Source: an uncultured archaeon (GTDB lineage: Archaea > Iainarchaeota > Iainarchaeia > Iainarchaeales > JAAZKV01). Taken from it: a stretch of DNA of 32,000 nucleotides. The position numbers and the translations under genes are program-made. Of this stretch, positions 8,371-16,546 are shown piece after piece. The stretch lies in NCBI GenBank assembly GCA_964551375.1, contig CAZKBG010000001.1:914136-946135 (forward strand). The letters run 5' to 3'. The notes below the pieces were generated by a model. It was not told the origin of the DNA and made no database searches. It saw only the letters and a program-made list of their open reading frames with translations. The stretch's first letter is position 1; every line of letters begins with the position of its first letter.

Positions 8371-9084
8371 ATGGGAAAACGATTAATCTCACAGAGAAGC
8401 GGAAAAGGAAGCCATACATTCAAGGCAAAGCACAAAGGAATTGAAGCTAAATACATTATCCAGCAGTCTGACGAAATGATGAAAGGCGAAGTGTCGGATT
8501 TAATAAAAGAAAACGGAAGACACGCAATAATTGCAGAAATTACATTTGTAAACGGGGCAAAAGAATACCTTCCAGCAGCAGAAGGATTAGCTCTTGGAAA
8601 GAAAATCCAGCAGGGAAAAGGAATAGACATTGAAGTAGGAAACGTATCTTACTTAGGCGACTTGCCTGAAGGATGCCCAGTATTTAATATTGAAAAAATT
8701 GCAGGAGACGGAGGAACACTTGTAAAATCAAGCGGAACTTACGCCCTATTAATGGCAAAAGACAGCAAGAAAGTAACAGTAAAAATGCCTTCAGGCGCAA
8801 TGCTGACTTTCCCTCTAAACGTAAGAGCAACAGTGGGAAACATCTCATGCGGCGGAAGAGAAGACAAGCCTTTAGTAAAAGCAGGAAACAATTATCATTT
8901 ATTCAAATCAAAGAGAAAGATGTATCCTAGAGTTAGAGGGGTAAAGATGAACGCGGTAGACCACCCATTCGGTGGAGCTTCACACAAGCCCGGAAAATCG
9001 AAGAGCACATCAAGAAACGCGCCACCAGGAAGAAAAGTTGGTGCAATCGCTTCTTCAAGAACAGGAAGGAGGAAGAAGAACTAA
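8371..9084 (+). CDS. rpl2: 50S ribosomal protein uL2
   Basis: ..GRHAIIAEI.., ..RVRGVKMNAVDHPFGGASHKPGKSKSTSRNAPPGRKVG.. is the diagnostic L2 C-terminal motif. Synteny supports it. Confidence 0.96.
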   Translation: MGKRLISQRSGKGSHTFKAKHKGIEAKYIIQQSDEMMKGEVSDLIKENGRHAIIAEITFVNGAKEYLPAAEGLALGKKIQQGKGIDIEVGNVSYLGDLPEGCPVFNIEKIAGDGGTLVKSSGTYALLMAKDSKKVTVKMPSGAMLTFPLNVRATVGNISCGGREDKPLVKAGNNYHLFKSKRKMYPRVRGVKMNAVDHPFGGASHKPGKSKSTSRNAPPGRKVGAIASSRTGRRKKN

Positions 9085-9093
9085 AGTTGAAGA

Positions 9094-9140
9094 ACTCTTT
9101 GCAAATGCAAAGAGTATTTTTAATTTTTGGTTTTTTTTTT
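9094..9140 (+). terminator. Intrinsic-terminator-like hairpin plus T-tract between uL2 and uS19
   Basis: ACTCTTTGC-AAAT-GCAAAGAGT (9 bp) at 9094-9115, followed by TTTTTAATTTTTGGTTTTTTTTTT with a T10 run at 9131-9140. Archaeal RNAP terminates at oligo-T. Confidence 0.45.
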
Positions 9141-9161
9141 ACATTTAGCAGGTGAAGAAAA

Positions 9162-9563
9162 ATGGCAGCAATAACAAAAGAATTGACATTTAGAGGAAAG
9201 AAGCTTCCTGAGCTTCAAGCGCTAAGCGTTGCAGAATTCGCAAAGCTATGCACTTCAAGAGCAAGAAAATCACTGCTAAAAAACGGCGTGAACAAGAAGA
9301 TGCTAAAAAAAGTTGAAGCATTCAAGAAAAACCCAAAAGCAAAAGCAATTAGAACACACAGAAGAGACTGGGTAATAGTGCCAGCAATGATAGGCGCAAA
9401 ATTCGCAGTGCACAAAGGAAAAGAATTTGAAAGCATCGAAATTACAGTTAAAATGTTAGGACATTACTTAGGAGAATTTGCATTAACAAGAAAGAAATTA
9501 CAGCACGGAAAAGCAGGAATCGGAGCAACAAAGAGCTCGACTGCAGTAACCGCAAGAGGATAA
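9162..9563 (+). CDS. rps19: 30S ribosomal protein uS19
   Basis: ..RTHRRDWVIVPAMIGAKFAVHKGKEFESIEITVKMLGHYLGEFALTRK.. is the canonical S19 core. GGTGA SD at 9151-9155. Confidence 0.95.
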   Translation: MAAITKELTFRGKKLPELQALSVAEFAKLCTSRARKSLLKNGVNKKMLKKVEAFKKNPKAKAIRTHRRDWVIVPAMIGAKFAVHKGKEFESIEITVKMLGHYLGEFALTRKKLQHGKAGIGATKSSTAVTARG

Positions 9564-9592
9564 AATTAGGATAAAATTTATTGGTGAAGAAA

Positions 9593-10063
9593 ATGGCGAA
9601 AAGCAATTACCAGGCAGAAGTTGGAAAAGCAAGCAAGACTGCAAGAGCAAAAATAAACAATGCTCCAATCTCAGTTAAATACTCTACTGAAATCTGCAAC
9701 AAAATAAAGACACGAAGAGTGAATGAGGTAATTGAATGGCTGAACAGAATCGAAGCCCACGAAGAATTCCTTCCGCTTAACAAATACCACAAGAAAGTTG
9801 CCCACAGAAAGGGAGACTCAAAGAGCGGAGAAAAAGCGGGAAGATTCCCTGAAAAAGTAGCAAGAGAATTTGTTAAATTACTTGAACTTGCAAAGTCAAA
9901 CGCGGACTTCAAGGGATTTGACGCTGAAAAATTAATGATTATCCACGCATTCGCAAATATGGGGATGAACAGATACAGCTACCAGTCAAAAGGAAAAATA
10001 GCTGGAAAAGCAAGAAGAAGAAACGCGACAAACATAGAAGTAATCGTGCAGGAAGCAAAATAA
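9593..10063 (+). CDS. rpl22: 50S ribosomal protein uL22
   Basis: ..ARAKINNAPISVKYSTEICNKIKTRRVNEVIEWL.. and ..IIHAFANMGMNRYSYQSKGKIAGKARRRNATNIEVIVQE are L22-like. I chose ATG 9593 after GGTGA (9583-9587) over the tracked TTG 9581. Confidence 0.92.
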   Translation: MAKSNYQAEVGKASKTARAKINNAPISVKYSTEICNKIKTRRVNEVIEWLNRIEAHEEFLPLNKYHKKVAHRKGDSKSGEKAGRFPEKVAREFVKLLELAKSNADFKGFDAEKLMIIHAFANMGMNRYSYQSKGKIAGKARRRNATNIEVIVQEAK

Positions 10064-10093
10064 ATTTGGAGAATGAAATTTACAGGTGTCACA

Positions 10094-10981
10094 ATGATTG
10101 AACGAACATTCATACAAAAAAGTTTCAATAAAATGGAACTTGAAGAATACTTAACAAAGAAACTTGATAGAGCAGGCTTTTCGCACTTAGAAATAATCAA
10201 GACACCTCTTGTAACAAGAATAGTTCTTTACGTTGCAAAGCCAGGGCTAGCAATCGGAAAAGGCGGATCGACTATAAAATTACTAACTGACATTGTTGCA
10301 AAGAAATACAAAATAGACAATCCGCAGATTGAAATACAGGAAATAAAAAACCCTAACTTAAACGCTAAAATCCTTGCAGAAAGAATGGCTGGGATGATAC
10401 AGAGAGAATTCTCATGGAGAAGCATTGCATACAAATTAGTAAAAGATGTAATCGACTCTGGAGCCCAAGGAGTTGAACTTGTAGTTAAAGGAAAATTATC
10501 CGGAAAAGGCGGAAGAAAGAAAAAAGTAAGAATTGCATACGGATACATGAAGAAGCTTGGAGCACAGACTAAATGGGTTGACTCAGCAAAAGCAGCAGCA
10601 TATCCAAAAGCTGGAGCAATAGGAATCAGACTGATGATAATACATCCTGATGTAATCTTCCCTGATAAAGTTGACGCTAAAAAAACAATTACAAAAATGA
10701 AAGCATCACAGATTGAAGCAAAAGAACAGCTTGAAAAGAAAGAAGCAAAAGCTGAAGTAACTGCTGAAGTTAAAACTGAAGCAAAAGTTGAAGCTAAGGC
10801 TGAAGTAAAAGCAGAAGCAAAAGCAGAAGAAAAGAAGGAAGCAAAACACGAACACAAAGAAGCTAAAAAAGAAGTTAAGCACGAACACAAGGAAGCAAAG
10901 AAGGAAGTAAAACACGAAGCAAAGGCAGAAGCGAAATCAGCTGAAGCAAAGTCAGATCCAGTGGCAGAGGAAAAGAAGTAA
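10094..10981 (+). CDS. rps3: 30S ribosomal protein uS3 with ~100-aa Lys/Glu/Ala/His-rich C-terminal tail
   Basis: MIERTFIQKSF.. start, a KH-domain core (..GLAIGKGGSTIKLLT..) and ..VELVVKGKLSGKGGRKKKVRIAYGYMKK... ATG 10094 follows GGTGT (10085-10089). The tail starts near 10675. Confidence 0.93.
   Translation: MIERTFIQKSFNKMELEEYLTKKLDRAGFSHLEIIKTPLVTRIVLYVAKPGLAIGKGGSTIKLLTDIVAKKYKIDNPQIEIQEIKNPNLNAKILAERMAGMIQREFSWRSIAYKLVKDVIDSGAQGVELVVKGKLSGKGGRKKKVRIAYGYMKKLGAQTKWVDSAKAAAYPKAGAIGIRLMIIHPDVIFPDKVDAKKTITKMKASQIEAKEQLEKKEAKAEVTAEVKTEAKVEAKAEVKAEAKAEEKKEAKHEHKEAKKEVKHEHKEAKKEVKHEAKAEAKSAEAKSDPVAEEKK
10847..10924 (+). repeat. 33-nt in-frame tandem repeat (about 2.4 copies) encoding HEHKEAKKEVK inside the uS3 tail
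   Basis: 10847-10879 is CACGAACACAAAGAAGCTAAAAAAGAAGTTAAG. 10880-10912 is CACGAACACAAGGAAGCAAAGAAGGAAGTAAAA. A partial copy, CACGAAGCAAAG, follows. All 6 differences between the full copies are synonymous third-position changes. Confidence 0.85.
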
Positions 10982-11007
10982 GTTTGAAAATTTGAAAAGG
11001 GATATTT

Positions 11008-11220
11008 ATGACAAAAAAGCACCAGGAATTATTAAAAATGACTGAGAATGAGCTTAACGCTAGAGCCATAGAGCTAAAGCAGGACCTTGCAAAAGAAAGA
11101 GCGACAGTTGCAAGCGGAACAAGAAGCGAAAAACCTGGAAAAATAAGAAAAATACGAAGAGAAATAGCAAGAATACTTACCGCAATGAATGCAAAGAAAA
11201 AAAAGGGGGAAAGGAAGTAA
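11008..11220 (+). CDS. rpl29: 50S ribosomal protein uL29
   Basis: 70 aa; ..ELNARAIELKQDLAKERATVASGTRSEKPGKIRKIRREIARILT.. is typical L29. Synteny after uS3. Confidence 0.92.
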   Translation: MTKKHQELLKMTENELNARAIELKQDLAKERATVASGTRSEKPGKIRKIRREIARILTAMNAKKKKGERK

Positions 11221-11529
11221 ATGCAAGAAATTGACAAGATCAGCGGATTACCAAAGGATTTGTTTGACATTAGCAATATTGCTAAAGAACAGCAAAAAAT
11301 CAAGGTTGATGTAATAAGGAGAAAATTCTCCAAATTCGTAACACTGGTAACAGGAATTGATGACAAAGACACAGTAAAAGAACTTGGAAAAGAAATGAAA
11401 CAAAAATTTGCATGTGGCGGAACAGTAAAAGACAATGAAATTGAATTACAAGGGAAACACAAAAATAAGGTTGTAGAATTTTTGATTAAAAAAGGTTATA
11501 AGAAAGAATTAATCGAAGCAAGAGGATGA
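11221..11529 (+). CDS. sui1: Translation initiation factor aSUI1 (eIF1 homolog)
   Basis: ..KIKVDVIRRKFSKFVTLVTGIDDKDTVKELGKEMKQKFACGGTVKDNEIELQGKHKNKVVEFLIKKGY.. matches the SUI1 domain. The conserved archaeal position is between L29 and Rpp29. Confidence 0.9.
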   Translation: MQEIDKISGLPKDLFDISNIAKEQQKIKVDVIRRKFSKFVTLVTGIDDKDTVKELGKEMKQKFACGGTVKDNEIELQGKHKNKVVEFLIKKGYKKELIEARG

Positions 11530-11539
11530 AAGTGGGAGG

Positions 11540-11842
11540 ATGATAAAGGAAAAAAAATACGAGATCACAAAGGAAAACCTATCGGCGCACGAATTAATCG
11601 GCCTGAAGGTGAAAGTGATCAAAAGCAGCGACAATGCAAGGATTGGAATAAGCGGAATTATCGTTGATGAAACGCAAAATACGCTAAAAATCCAAGGCAA
11701 GCACAACGGCAAACAAAAAGAATTTATCATACCGAAAAAAGAATGTGAATTTGAATTTGAAATTGGAGATGAAAAGGTTATAATTAAAGGAAATGAGATT
11801 GCAAAAAGACCGCAAGATCGAACAAAGGATTGGAGGAATTAA
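11540..11842 (+). CDS. rnp1: RNase P protein component 1 (Rpp29/Pop4)
   Basis: ..HELIGLKVKVIKSSDNARIGISGIIVDETQNTLKIQ.. is the Rpp29 Sm-like core. Its TAA stop overlaps the uS17 ATG (TAATG). Confidence 0.88.
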   Translation: MIKEKKYEITKENLSAHELIGLKVKVIKSSDNARIGISGIIVDETQNTLKIQGKHNGKQKEFIIPKKECEFEFEIGDEKVIIKGNEIAKRPQDRTKDWRN

Positions 11843-12180
11843 TGATGGCTGAAAAGAAACCAAAGACAGAAAAGAAAAAGTCACAAGAGACAGTAATGCA
11901 AATGAAAAGAGAAGAAACTAAATTCCCGATTCGCGGAAACATATTCGAAGGAAGAGTAATCTCGGCAAAAGCAAACAAGACAGTTACAGTTGAAAGACAA
12001 TTGACTCAGTACATAGCAAAGTACGAAAGGTACAAAAAAATCAGATCAAGAATTAAAGCGCACAACCCTGAAAGCATAAACGCAAAAGAAGGGGACTGGG
12101 TAAGAGCAGGAGAAACAAGAAGAATCTCAAAAACAAAGTCATTTGTAGTAATGGAAGTAATCAAGGGGCAGAGACAGTAA
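11842..12180 (+). CDS. rps17: 30S ribosomal protein uS17
   Basis: ..GRVISAKANKTVTVERQLTQYIAKYERYKKIRSRIKAHNPESINAKEGDWVRAGETRRISKTKSFVV.. is canonical S17. ATG 11842 lies downstream of GGAGG (11832-11836); the tracked TTG 11830 is unlikely. Confidence 0.92.
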   Translation: MMAEKKPKTEKKKSQETVMQMKREETKFPIRGNIFEGRVISAKANKTVTVERQLTQYIAKYERYKKIRSRIKAHNPESINAKEGDWVRAGETRRISKTKSFVVMEVIKGQRQ

Positions 12181-12206
12181 GAGAATAAAATTTATCGGTG
12201 ATTATG

Positions 12207-12605
12207 ATGAGAGCAATGAGTATACTAAACAACAAAGGATTAACTCTACACAGCAGAATACTCTGCGCGGACAACTCAGGCGCAAAAGAAGTTGACATAA
12301 TCTCAGTATTCGGATACAAGAGCAGGAAGAAACAGTACCCGGCTGCAGGAATAGGCGGACTTGTTAACGTTGTAGTTAAGAAAGGAAAGCCAGAAATGAA
12401 GGGAAAGATTGAAAGAGCTGTAATCATAAGAACAAGACAGCAGTTCAGACGCCCAAACGGAATGAGAGTTAAATTTGACGACAACGCAGTTGTTTTAGTT
12501 GATGAAGAAGGACTTCCAAAAGCATCAGAAATAAAAGGATGCGTAGCAAAGGAAGTAGGCGAAAGATTCCCAAAAGTTGCGGGACTAGCGCCAATGGTAG
12601 TTTAA
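12207..12605 (+). CDS. rpl14: 50S ribosomal protein uL14
   Basis: ..RILCADNSGAKEV.., ..AVIIRTRQQFRRPNGMRVKFDDNAVVLV... ATG 12207 lies 5 nt after GGTGA (12197-12201). ATG 12204 or GTG 12198 are also possible. Confidence 0.93.
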   Translation: MRAMSILNNKGLTLHSRILCADNSGAKEVDIISVFGYKSRKKQYPAAGIGGLVNVVVKKGKPEMKGKIERAVIIRTRQQFRRPNGMRVKFDDNAVVLVDEEGLPKASEIKGCVAKEVGERFPKVAGLAPMVV

Positions 12606-12637
12606 ATTTAGAAATGGATGATTGAAAAGGTGAAAAG

Positions 12638-12994
12638 ATGAGCAAGAAACCAAGCAAGTCAAGGAAGCAGATGTACAACATGCCGATGCATAAAGTAGCA
12701 AAAGCAATGGCTGCGCATTTGAGCGAAAAGTTGGCAAAAGAGCTTGGAAAGAGATCAATCAGCCTGAGAAAAAATGACGTTGTTAAAATCATGCGAGGAG
12801 AATTTGCTGGAAAAGAAGGCAAAATAAAATCAGTTGAAAGAAAATCAAGAAAAGTTTTCATTGAAAAAATTGTTAAGAAGAAATCAAACGGAGCAGAAAG
12901 AGACGTTCCAATTGATTCATCAAATGTATTAATAGTTGACATTGACAGAACAGACAGAAAGAGATTTGCAAGCAAAAAGGAGGCGAAAGAATGA
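12638..12994 (+). CDS. rpl24: 50S ribosomal protein uL24 (L24P/L26e)
   Basis: ..LSEKLAKELGKRSISLRKNDVVKIMRGEFAGKEGKIKSVERKSRKVFIE.. is a KOW domain. GGTGA lies 4 nt upstream. Confidence 0.92.
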   Translation: MSKKPSKSRKQMYNMPMHKVAKAMAAHLSEKLAKELGKRSISLRKNDVVKIMRGEFAGKEGKIKSVERKSRKVFIEKIVKKKSNGAERDVPIDSSNVLIVDIDRTDRKRFASKKEAKE

Positions 12995-13701
12995 GCACTA
13001 AAGGAGAAAGCAAGAGATCAAAAGCAATCAGCATGCCAAAACAGATAAACATGGGAAGAAAAGGAAACTACTGGACAATAAGAGCTAAATCAGGCCCTCA
13101 CAACAAAGAAACAGCGATGGCTTTAGGCTTAATAATTCGAGATTTCGCAAAAGTAGCAACTACGCTAAAAGAAGCAAAAGAAATTTTAAACAACGGAGAA
13201 GTAAAGGTAAACGGAATAGTTCGAAACGAACACCAGTTCCCTGTTGGATTATTTGATATTGTATCAATAGAAAAGCAGAAATTATTTTTCAGAATAATGC
13301 TTGACGACAAAGAGAGATTATTGGTAAAATTGCTGGATAAAAACAGCATGGAAAAAATAAGCAAAGTTTCATCAAAGATAATGACAAGCGACGGAATCCA
13401 AATAACAACAAACGATGGAAGAGTATACACGGGAATAAAAGCAAACGTAGGGGATTCGCTAAAAATTAAACTGCCTGAAGGAAAGGTTGAAGAAGTTCTT
13501 GAATTCAAGGACGGCTCTACAGCTTATCTTACAAAAGGAGCTCACTGCTCTGAACTGGCAACAGTAAAAGGAATAATTGAAGGAACAGCAAGAAGAGCAA
13601 AGCTTGTGAAACTTTCAAATGGAAAAGAAGATTTTGAAACAATAGCGGAAAATGTTTTCATAATCGGAAAAAATAAAGCAGCTCTAGCGGAGATGCACTA
13701 A
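12991..13701 (+). CDS. rps4e: 30S ribosomal protein eS4 (S4e)
   Basis: ..WTIRAKSGPHNKETAMALGLIIRDFAKVATTLKEAKEILNNGEVKVNG..FPVGLFDIVSI.. is typical S4e. There is a 4-nt overlap with uL24 and an AGGAGG SD inside uL24. Confidence 0.93.
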   Translation: MSTKGESKRSKAISMPKQINMGRKGNYWTIRAKSGPHNKETAMALGLIIRDFAKVATTLKEAKEILNNGEVKVNGIVRNEHQFPVGLFDIVSIEKQKLFFRIMLDDKERLLVKLLDKNSMEKISKVSSKIMTSDGIQITTNDGRVYTGIKANVGDSLKIKLPEGKVEEVLEFKDGSTAYLTKGAHCSELATVKGIIEGTARRAKLVKLSNGKEDFETIAENVFIIGKNKAALAEMH

Positions 13702-13745
13702 ACAAAAGGACAAATGAAGAGGAAAATTGGATTTAAGTGAGTGTT

Positions 13746-14240
13746 ATGCAGGAAGTATTGTTGGATAAAGTTGTAGTAAATATGGGCGTAGGTTCTGAGC
13801 CCGAAGACATGAAGAAAGGCACATTGATAATGCAGTTAATCACTGGAATGAAGCCTGCTCAGACAATATCCCAAGCAAGAATACCTGACTGGGGACTAAG
13901 ACCAGGAATTCCAATAGGAATAAAAGTAACGCTAAGGGACGAAAAAGCAATGGCATTTTTGAAAAAAGCATTCATAGCAAAGTCAAACAAGTTAGCTGAA
14001 AAAAGCTTTGACAAAGCGGGAAACTTTGGATTTGGAGTAAGAGAATATATTGACCTTCCTGACGCAAAGTATGACCCAAAACTTGGAATAAAAGGATTTG
14101 ATGTTTTAGTATCACTGAAGAAAAAAGGATACAGAGTAAAACTAAGAGCGCTTAAGACAACAAAAGTAGGCGCAAAACAGAAGATTACAAAAGCGGAAGC
14201 AGTTCAATTCGTAAAAGACATGGGAATTGAGGTTGAATAA
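13746..14240 (+). CDS. rpl5: 50S ribosomal protein uL5
   Basis: MQEVLLDKVVVNMGVG.., ..FGFGVREYIDLPDAKYDPKLGIKGFDVLVSL.. are L5 motifs. ATG 13746 is preferred to the tracked GTG 13737 (uncertain). Confidence 0.92.
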   Translation: MQEVLLDKVVVNMGVGSEPEDMKKGTLIMQLITGMKPAQTISQARIPDWGLRPGIPIGIKVTLRDEKAMAFLKKAFIAKSNKLAEKSFDKAGNFGFGVREYIDLPDAKYDPKLGIKGFDVLVSLKKKGYRVKLRALKTTKVGAKQKITKAEAVQFVKDMGIEVE

Positions 14241-14256
14241 TTATTTTAAGAGGCAG

Positions 14257-14463
14257 ATGAATATGGTAGACTTTGAAGCAAAGGCTGTTCTTGTAAAGAG
14301 GAAGCAGAAATCAAAAAATGACAAGATGAAGAAAAGAACGCCTGGCGAAAGAGAATGCAAAATATGCGGAACAAGAAAAGGCATGATAAGAAAGTACAAA
14401 ATGGGTATTTGCAGAAGATGCTTCAAAGAAAGAGCTAACGATTTAGGTTGGGAGAAATACTGA
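14257..14463 (+). CDS. rps14: 30S ribosomal protein uS14 (zinc-ribbon type)
   Basis: CKICG..x..CRRCF zinc ribbon and a C-terminal ..LGWEKY. The tracked TTG 14227 overlaps uL5 and is implausible. ATG 14257 or 14263 is the likely start. Confidence 0.88.
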   Translation: MNMVDFEAKAVLVKRKQKSKNDKMKKRTPGERECKICGTRKGMIRKYKMGICRRCFKERANDLGWEKY

Positions 14464-14472
14464 GGTGATGAA

Positions 14473-14865
14473 ATGGCACAACAAGATCCAATAGTTGACG
14501 CACTCGCGAAGATAAGAAATTCAGAAGTGGCATCAAAGACAGAATGCACAGTTAAACCTGCCTCAAATTTCTTAGGCGACATACTGAAGATAGCAAAAGA
14601 CAACGGTTACATTAACGACTACAAAAAAGAAGACGCAAACGGAATAATTTCATTTAATATACAATTAAGCGGAAAGATGAACGAATGCAAGGCAATAAAA
14701 CCAAGATACGCTGTTAAGAAAACAGAGTTTGAAAAATACGAAAAAAGATACCTTCCTGCAAGAGATGTTGGACTATTAGTAGTATCAACTTCGCAAGGGT
14801 TAATGACTCACGCAGAAGCAAAGTCAAAGAAACTCGGAGGAAGACTAATTGCATTCATGTATTAA
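14473..14865 (+). CDS. rps8: 30S ribosomal protein uS8
   Basis: ..DPIVDALAKIRNSEVASK.., ..VVSTSQGLMTHAEAKSKKLGGRLIAFMY. GGTGA lies 4 nt upstream. Confidence 0.95.
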   Translation: MAQQDPIVDALAKIRNSEVASKTECTVKPASNFLGDILKIAKDNGYINDYKKEDANGIISFNIQLSGKMNECKAIKPRYAVKKTEFEKYEKRYLPARDVGLLVVSTSQGLMTHAEAKSKKLGGRLIAFMY

Positions 14866-14895
14866 TGAACTTGCAAAAAACAATAGGTGATAATT

Positions 14896-15480
14896 ATGGC
14901 TGGAACAATGATAAAGACAATAAAACTGCCAAGCGAAATACACGCAAGTCTTGAGGAAGGGCACTTGACTCTAAAAGGGCCTAAAGGAAGCCTGACAAGA
15001 GAATTCAAAAACTACAGACTAAAAGTTACAGCCCATGGAAATGAGGTTAAAATTGAAGGAACTCCAAACAACAAGCAGACATTAGTATTAATCGAAACAC
15101 TTACAGCGCACATTAGAAACATGGTTGAAGGATTAATTTACGGTTACAAATACCAGTTGAAAGTTGTTTACTCGCACTTCCCAATGTCACTAGCGGTTGA
15201 AAAGGGAACAGTAAATATCAAAAACTTCCTTGGAGAAAAATTCCCAAGAAAAGCTCCAATAATCGGAAGCACAAAAGTTGAAGTTAAAGGACAGGACGTT
15301 ACAGTTAGCGGAATTGACAAAGATGCTGTCGGACAGACTGCGTCAAATATGGAAAAGAAAACAAAAGTGAAGAACAAGGATATAAGAAGATACCAGGACG
15401 GAATATATCTTGTTGAAGTTTCAAACATGGAAGAAAAGAAAAAAGGAAAATTAATCGAAGAAATAATTGAGAAGAAGTAA
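14896..15480 (+). CDS. rpl6: 50S ribosomal protein uL6
   Basis: ..LEEGHLTLKGPKGSLTREF.., ..YKYQLKVVYSHFPMSLAVEKGTVNIKNFLGEK.. is typical archaeal L6. ATG lies 5 nt after GGTGA. It has a short charged C-tail (EEKKKGKLIEEIIEKK). Confidence 0.93.
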   Translation: MAGTMIKTIKLPSEIHASLEEGHLTLKGPKGSLTREFKNYRLKVTAHGNEVKIEGTPNNKQTLVLIETLTAHIRNMVEGLIYGYKYQLKVVYSHFPMSLAVEKGTVNIKNFLGEKFPRKAPIIGSTKVEVKGQDVTVSGIDKDAVGQTASNMEKKTKVKNKDIRRYQDGIYLVEVSNMEEKKKGKLIEEIIEKK

Positions 15481-15502
15481 TTTTTGAAAAACGGTGAATT
15501 TT

Positions 15503-16075
15503 ATGGCTGAAAAGAAAGCAACGGACAAAAAGTATGCTGAAAAAGCAGACGCTAAAGTTGAAAATGCAAAAGCTGAAACTTTAAAGACTGAAAAACAGTC
15601 TGAAAAAGCTGAAAGCAAAACCGAAAGCAAGGCAACAACTGCTGTAAAGAAAGAAGCTAAGAAATTCATCCAGTACGTTAAAAAAGAAAACAAGGCAAAA
15701 AGCAAGGAAGCAAGAGAAAACCAGAAGAAGCTATTGGCAAAAACTCACACTCCTGTATTTAGAGGAAGATTCGGAAAGAAAAACATCCGAAGAAAATCAA
15801 TCGCAAAATGGGACAAGTGGAGAAAACCTCACGGAATTGATCTTGACAAGGGATTACAGCACGGATTTCGGCCAAAAATCGGATACGGAAGAGCTGTTGA
15901 AATTAGAGACATACACCCATCAGGATACATTGATGTTTTAGTATGCAACATAAATGATCTTGAAAAAATCAATCCAAAAGTTGAGGCAGCAAGATTCTCA
16001 AGAACTATTGGAAAAAGAAAAAGAAATGAATTAATGAAAAAAGCAAACGAAAAAGGAATTTGGGTATTAAACTAA
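15503..16075 (+). CDS. rpl32e: 50S ribosomal protein eL32 (L32e) with ~70-aa Lys/Glu/Ala-rich N-terminal extension
   Basis: Core ..FRGRFGKKNIRRKSIAKWDKWRKPHGIDLDKGLQHGFRPKIGYG..IHPSGY..V.N..DLE.. is L32e. It is preceded by AEKKATDKKYAEKADAKVENAKAETLKTEKQSEKAESKTESKA... ATG lies 5 nt after GGTGA. Confidence 0.9.
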   Translation: MAEKKATDKKYAEKADAKVENAKAETLKTEKQSEKAESKTESKATTAVKKEAKKFIQYVKKENKAKSKEARENQKKLLAKTHTPVFRGRFGKKNIRRKSIAKWDKWRKPHGIDLDKGLQHGFRPKIGYGRAVEIRDIHPSGYIDVLVCNINDLEKINPKVEAARFSRTIGKRKRNELMKKANEKGIWVLN

Positions 16076-16101
16076 GGATAATATTTAGCTAGGTGGATTT
16101 G

Positions 16102-16545
16102 ATGGAATCAAAAAAAGCAAAGGAACTCGCAGCAAGAATACTAAAAGTCGGAGAAGGAAGAATATTCATTCAGCCTGACCAAGTATCAAAAGTTGCTGAA
16201 GCAATGACAAAAGACGATATAAGAACATTAATTGCTGAAAGAGTAATCAAGAAAAGAGCATCTGCCAGCCAAAGCATGGGAAGAGCAAGAGCATTAAAAG
16301 CCCAGAGAGCAAAAGGAAGAAGAAGAGGAAAAGGAAAAAGAACTGCAAGAAAGAGAGTAAGAATGGAGCAGAGAGACAGCTGGATCGGAAGAGTAAGATC
16401 ACAGAGAAGCACACTTAGAGAATTAAAAGAAAAAAATCCTGAAGCAGTAAAAGCAGCAGGATACTCAAAGACCTACAAGAGAATTAAAGGAAATTACTTT
16501 AGAGGAAAAAGACATTTAGTTGAATACATAGAGGGGGCGAAGTAA
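16102..16545 (+). CDS. rpl19e: 50S ribosomal protein eL19 (L19e)
   Basis: ..AARILKVGEGRIFIQPD.., ..SMGRARALKAQRAKGRRRGKGKRTARK.. is typical L19e. ATG lies 5 nt after GGTGG (16092-16096). Confidence 0.93.
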   Translation: MESKKAKELAARILKVGEGRIFIQPDQVSKVAEAMTKDDIRTLIAERVIKKRASASQSMGRARALKAQRAKGRRRGKGKRTARKRVRMEQRDSWIGRVRSQRSTLRELKEKNPEAVKAAGYSKTYKRIKGNYFRGKRHLVEYIEGAK

Positions 16546-16546
16546 A

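Noticed and set aside
8100-8630. 176-aa minus-strand ORF
   Set aside because: It is antisense to uL23 and uL2 and spans their intergenic region. It has no motif and is a shadow ORF.
10228-11022. 264-aa minus-strand ORF, plus overlapping 195-aa (10875-11462) and 69-aa minus ORFs
   Set aside because: They are antisense to the uS3 tail, uL29 and SUI1. The translation is low-complexity (SFAS/CF-rich), produced because the GAA/GCA/AAG-rich sense codons contain no antisense stops. The sense genes are unambiguous.
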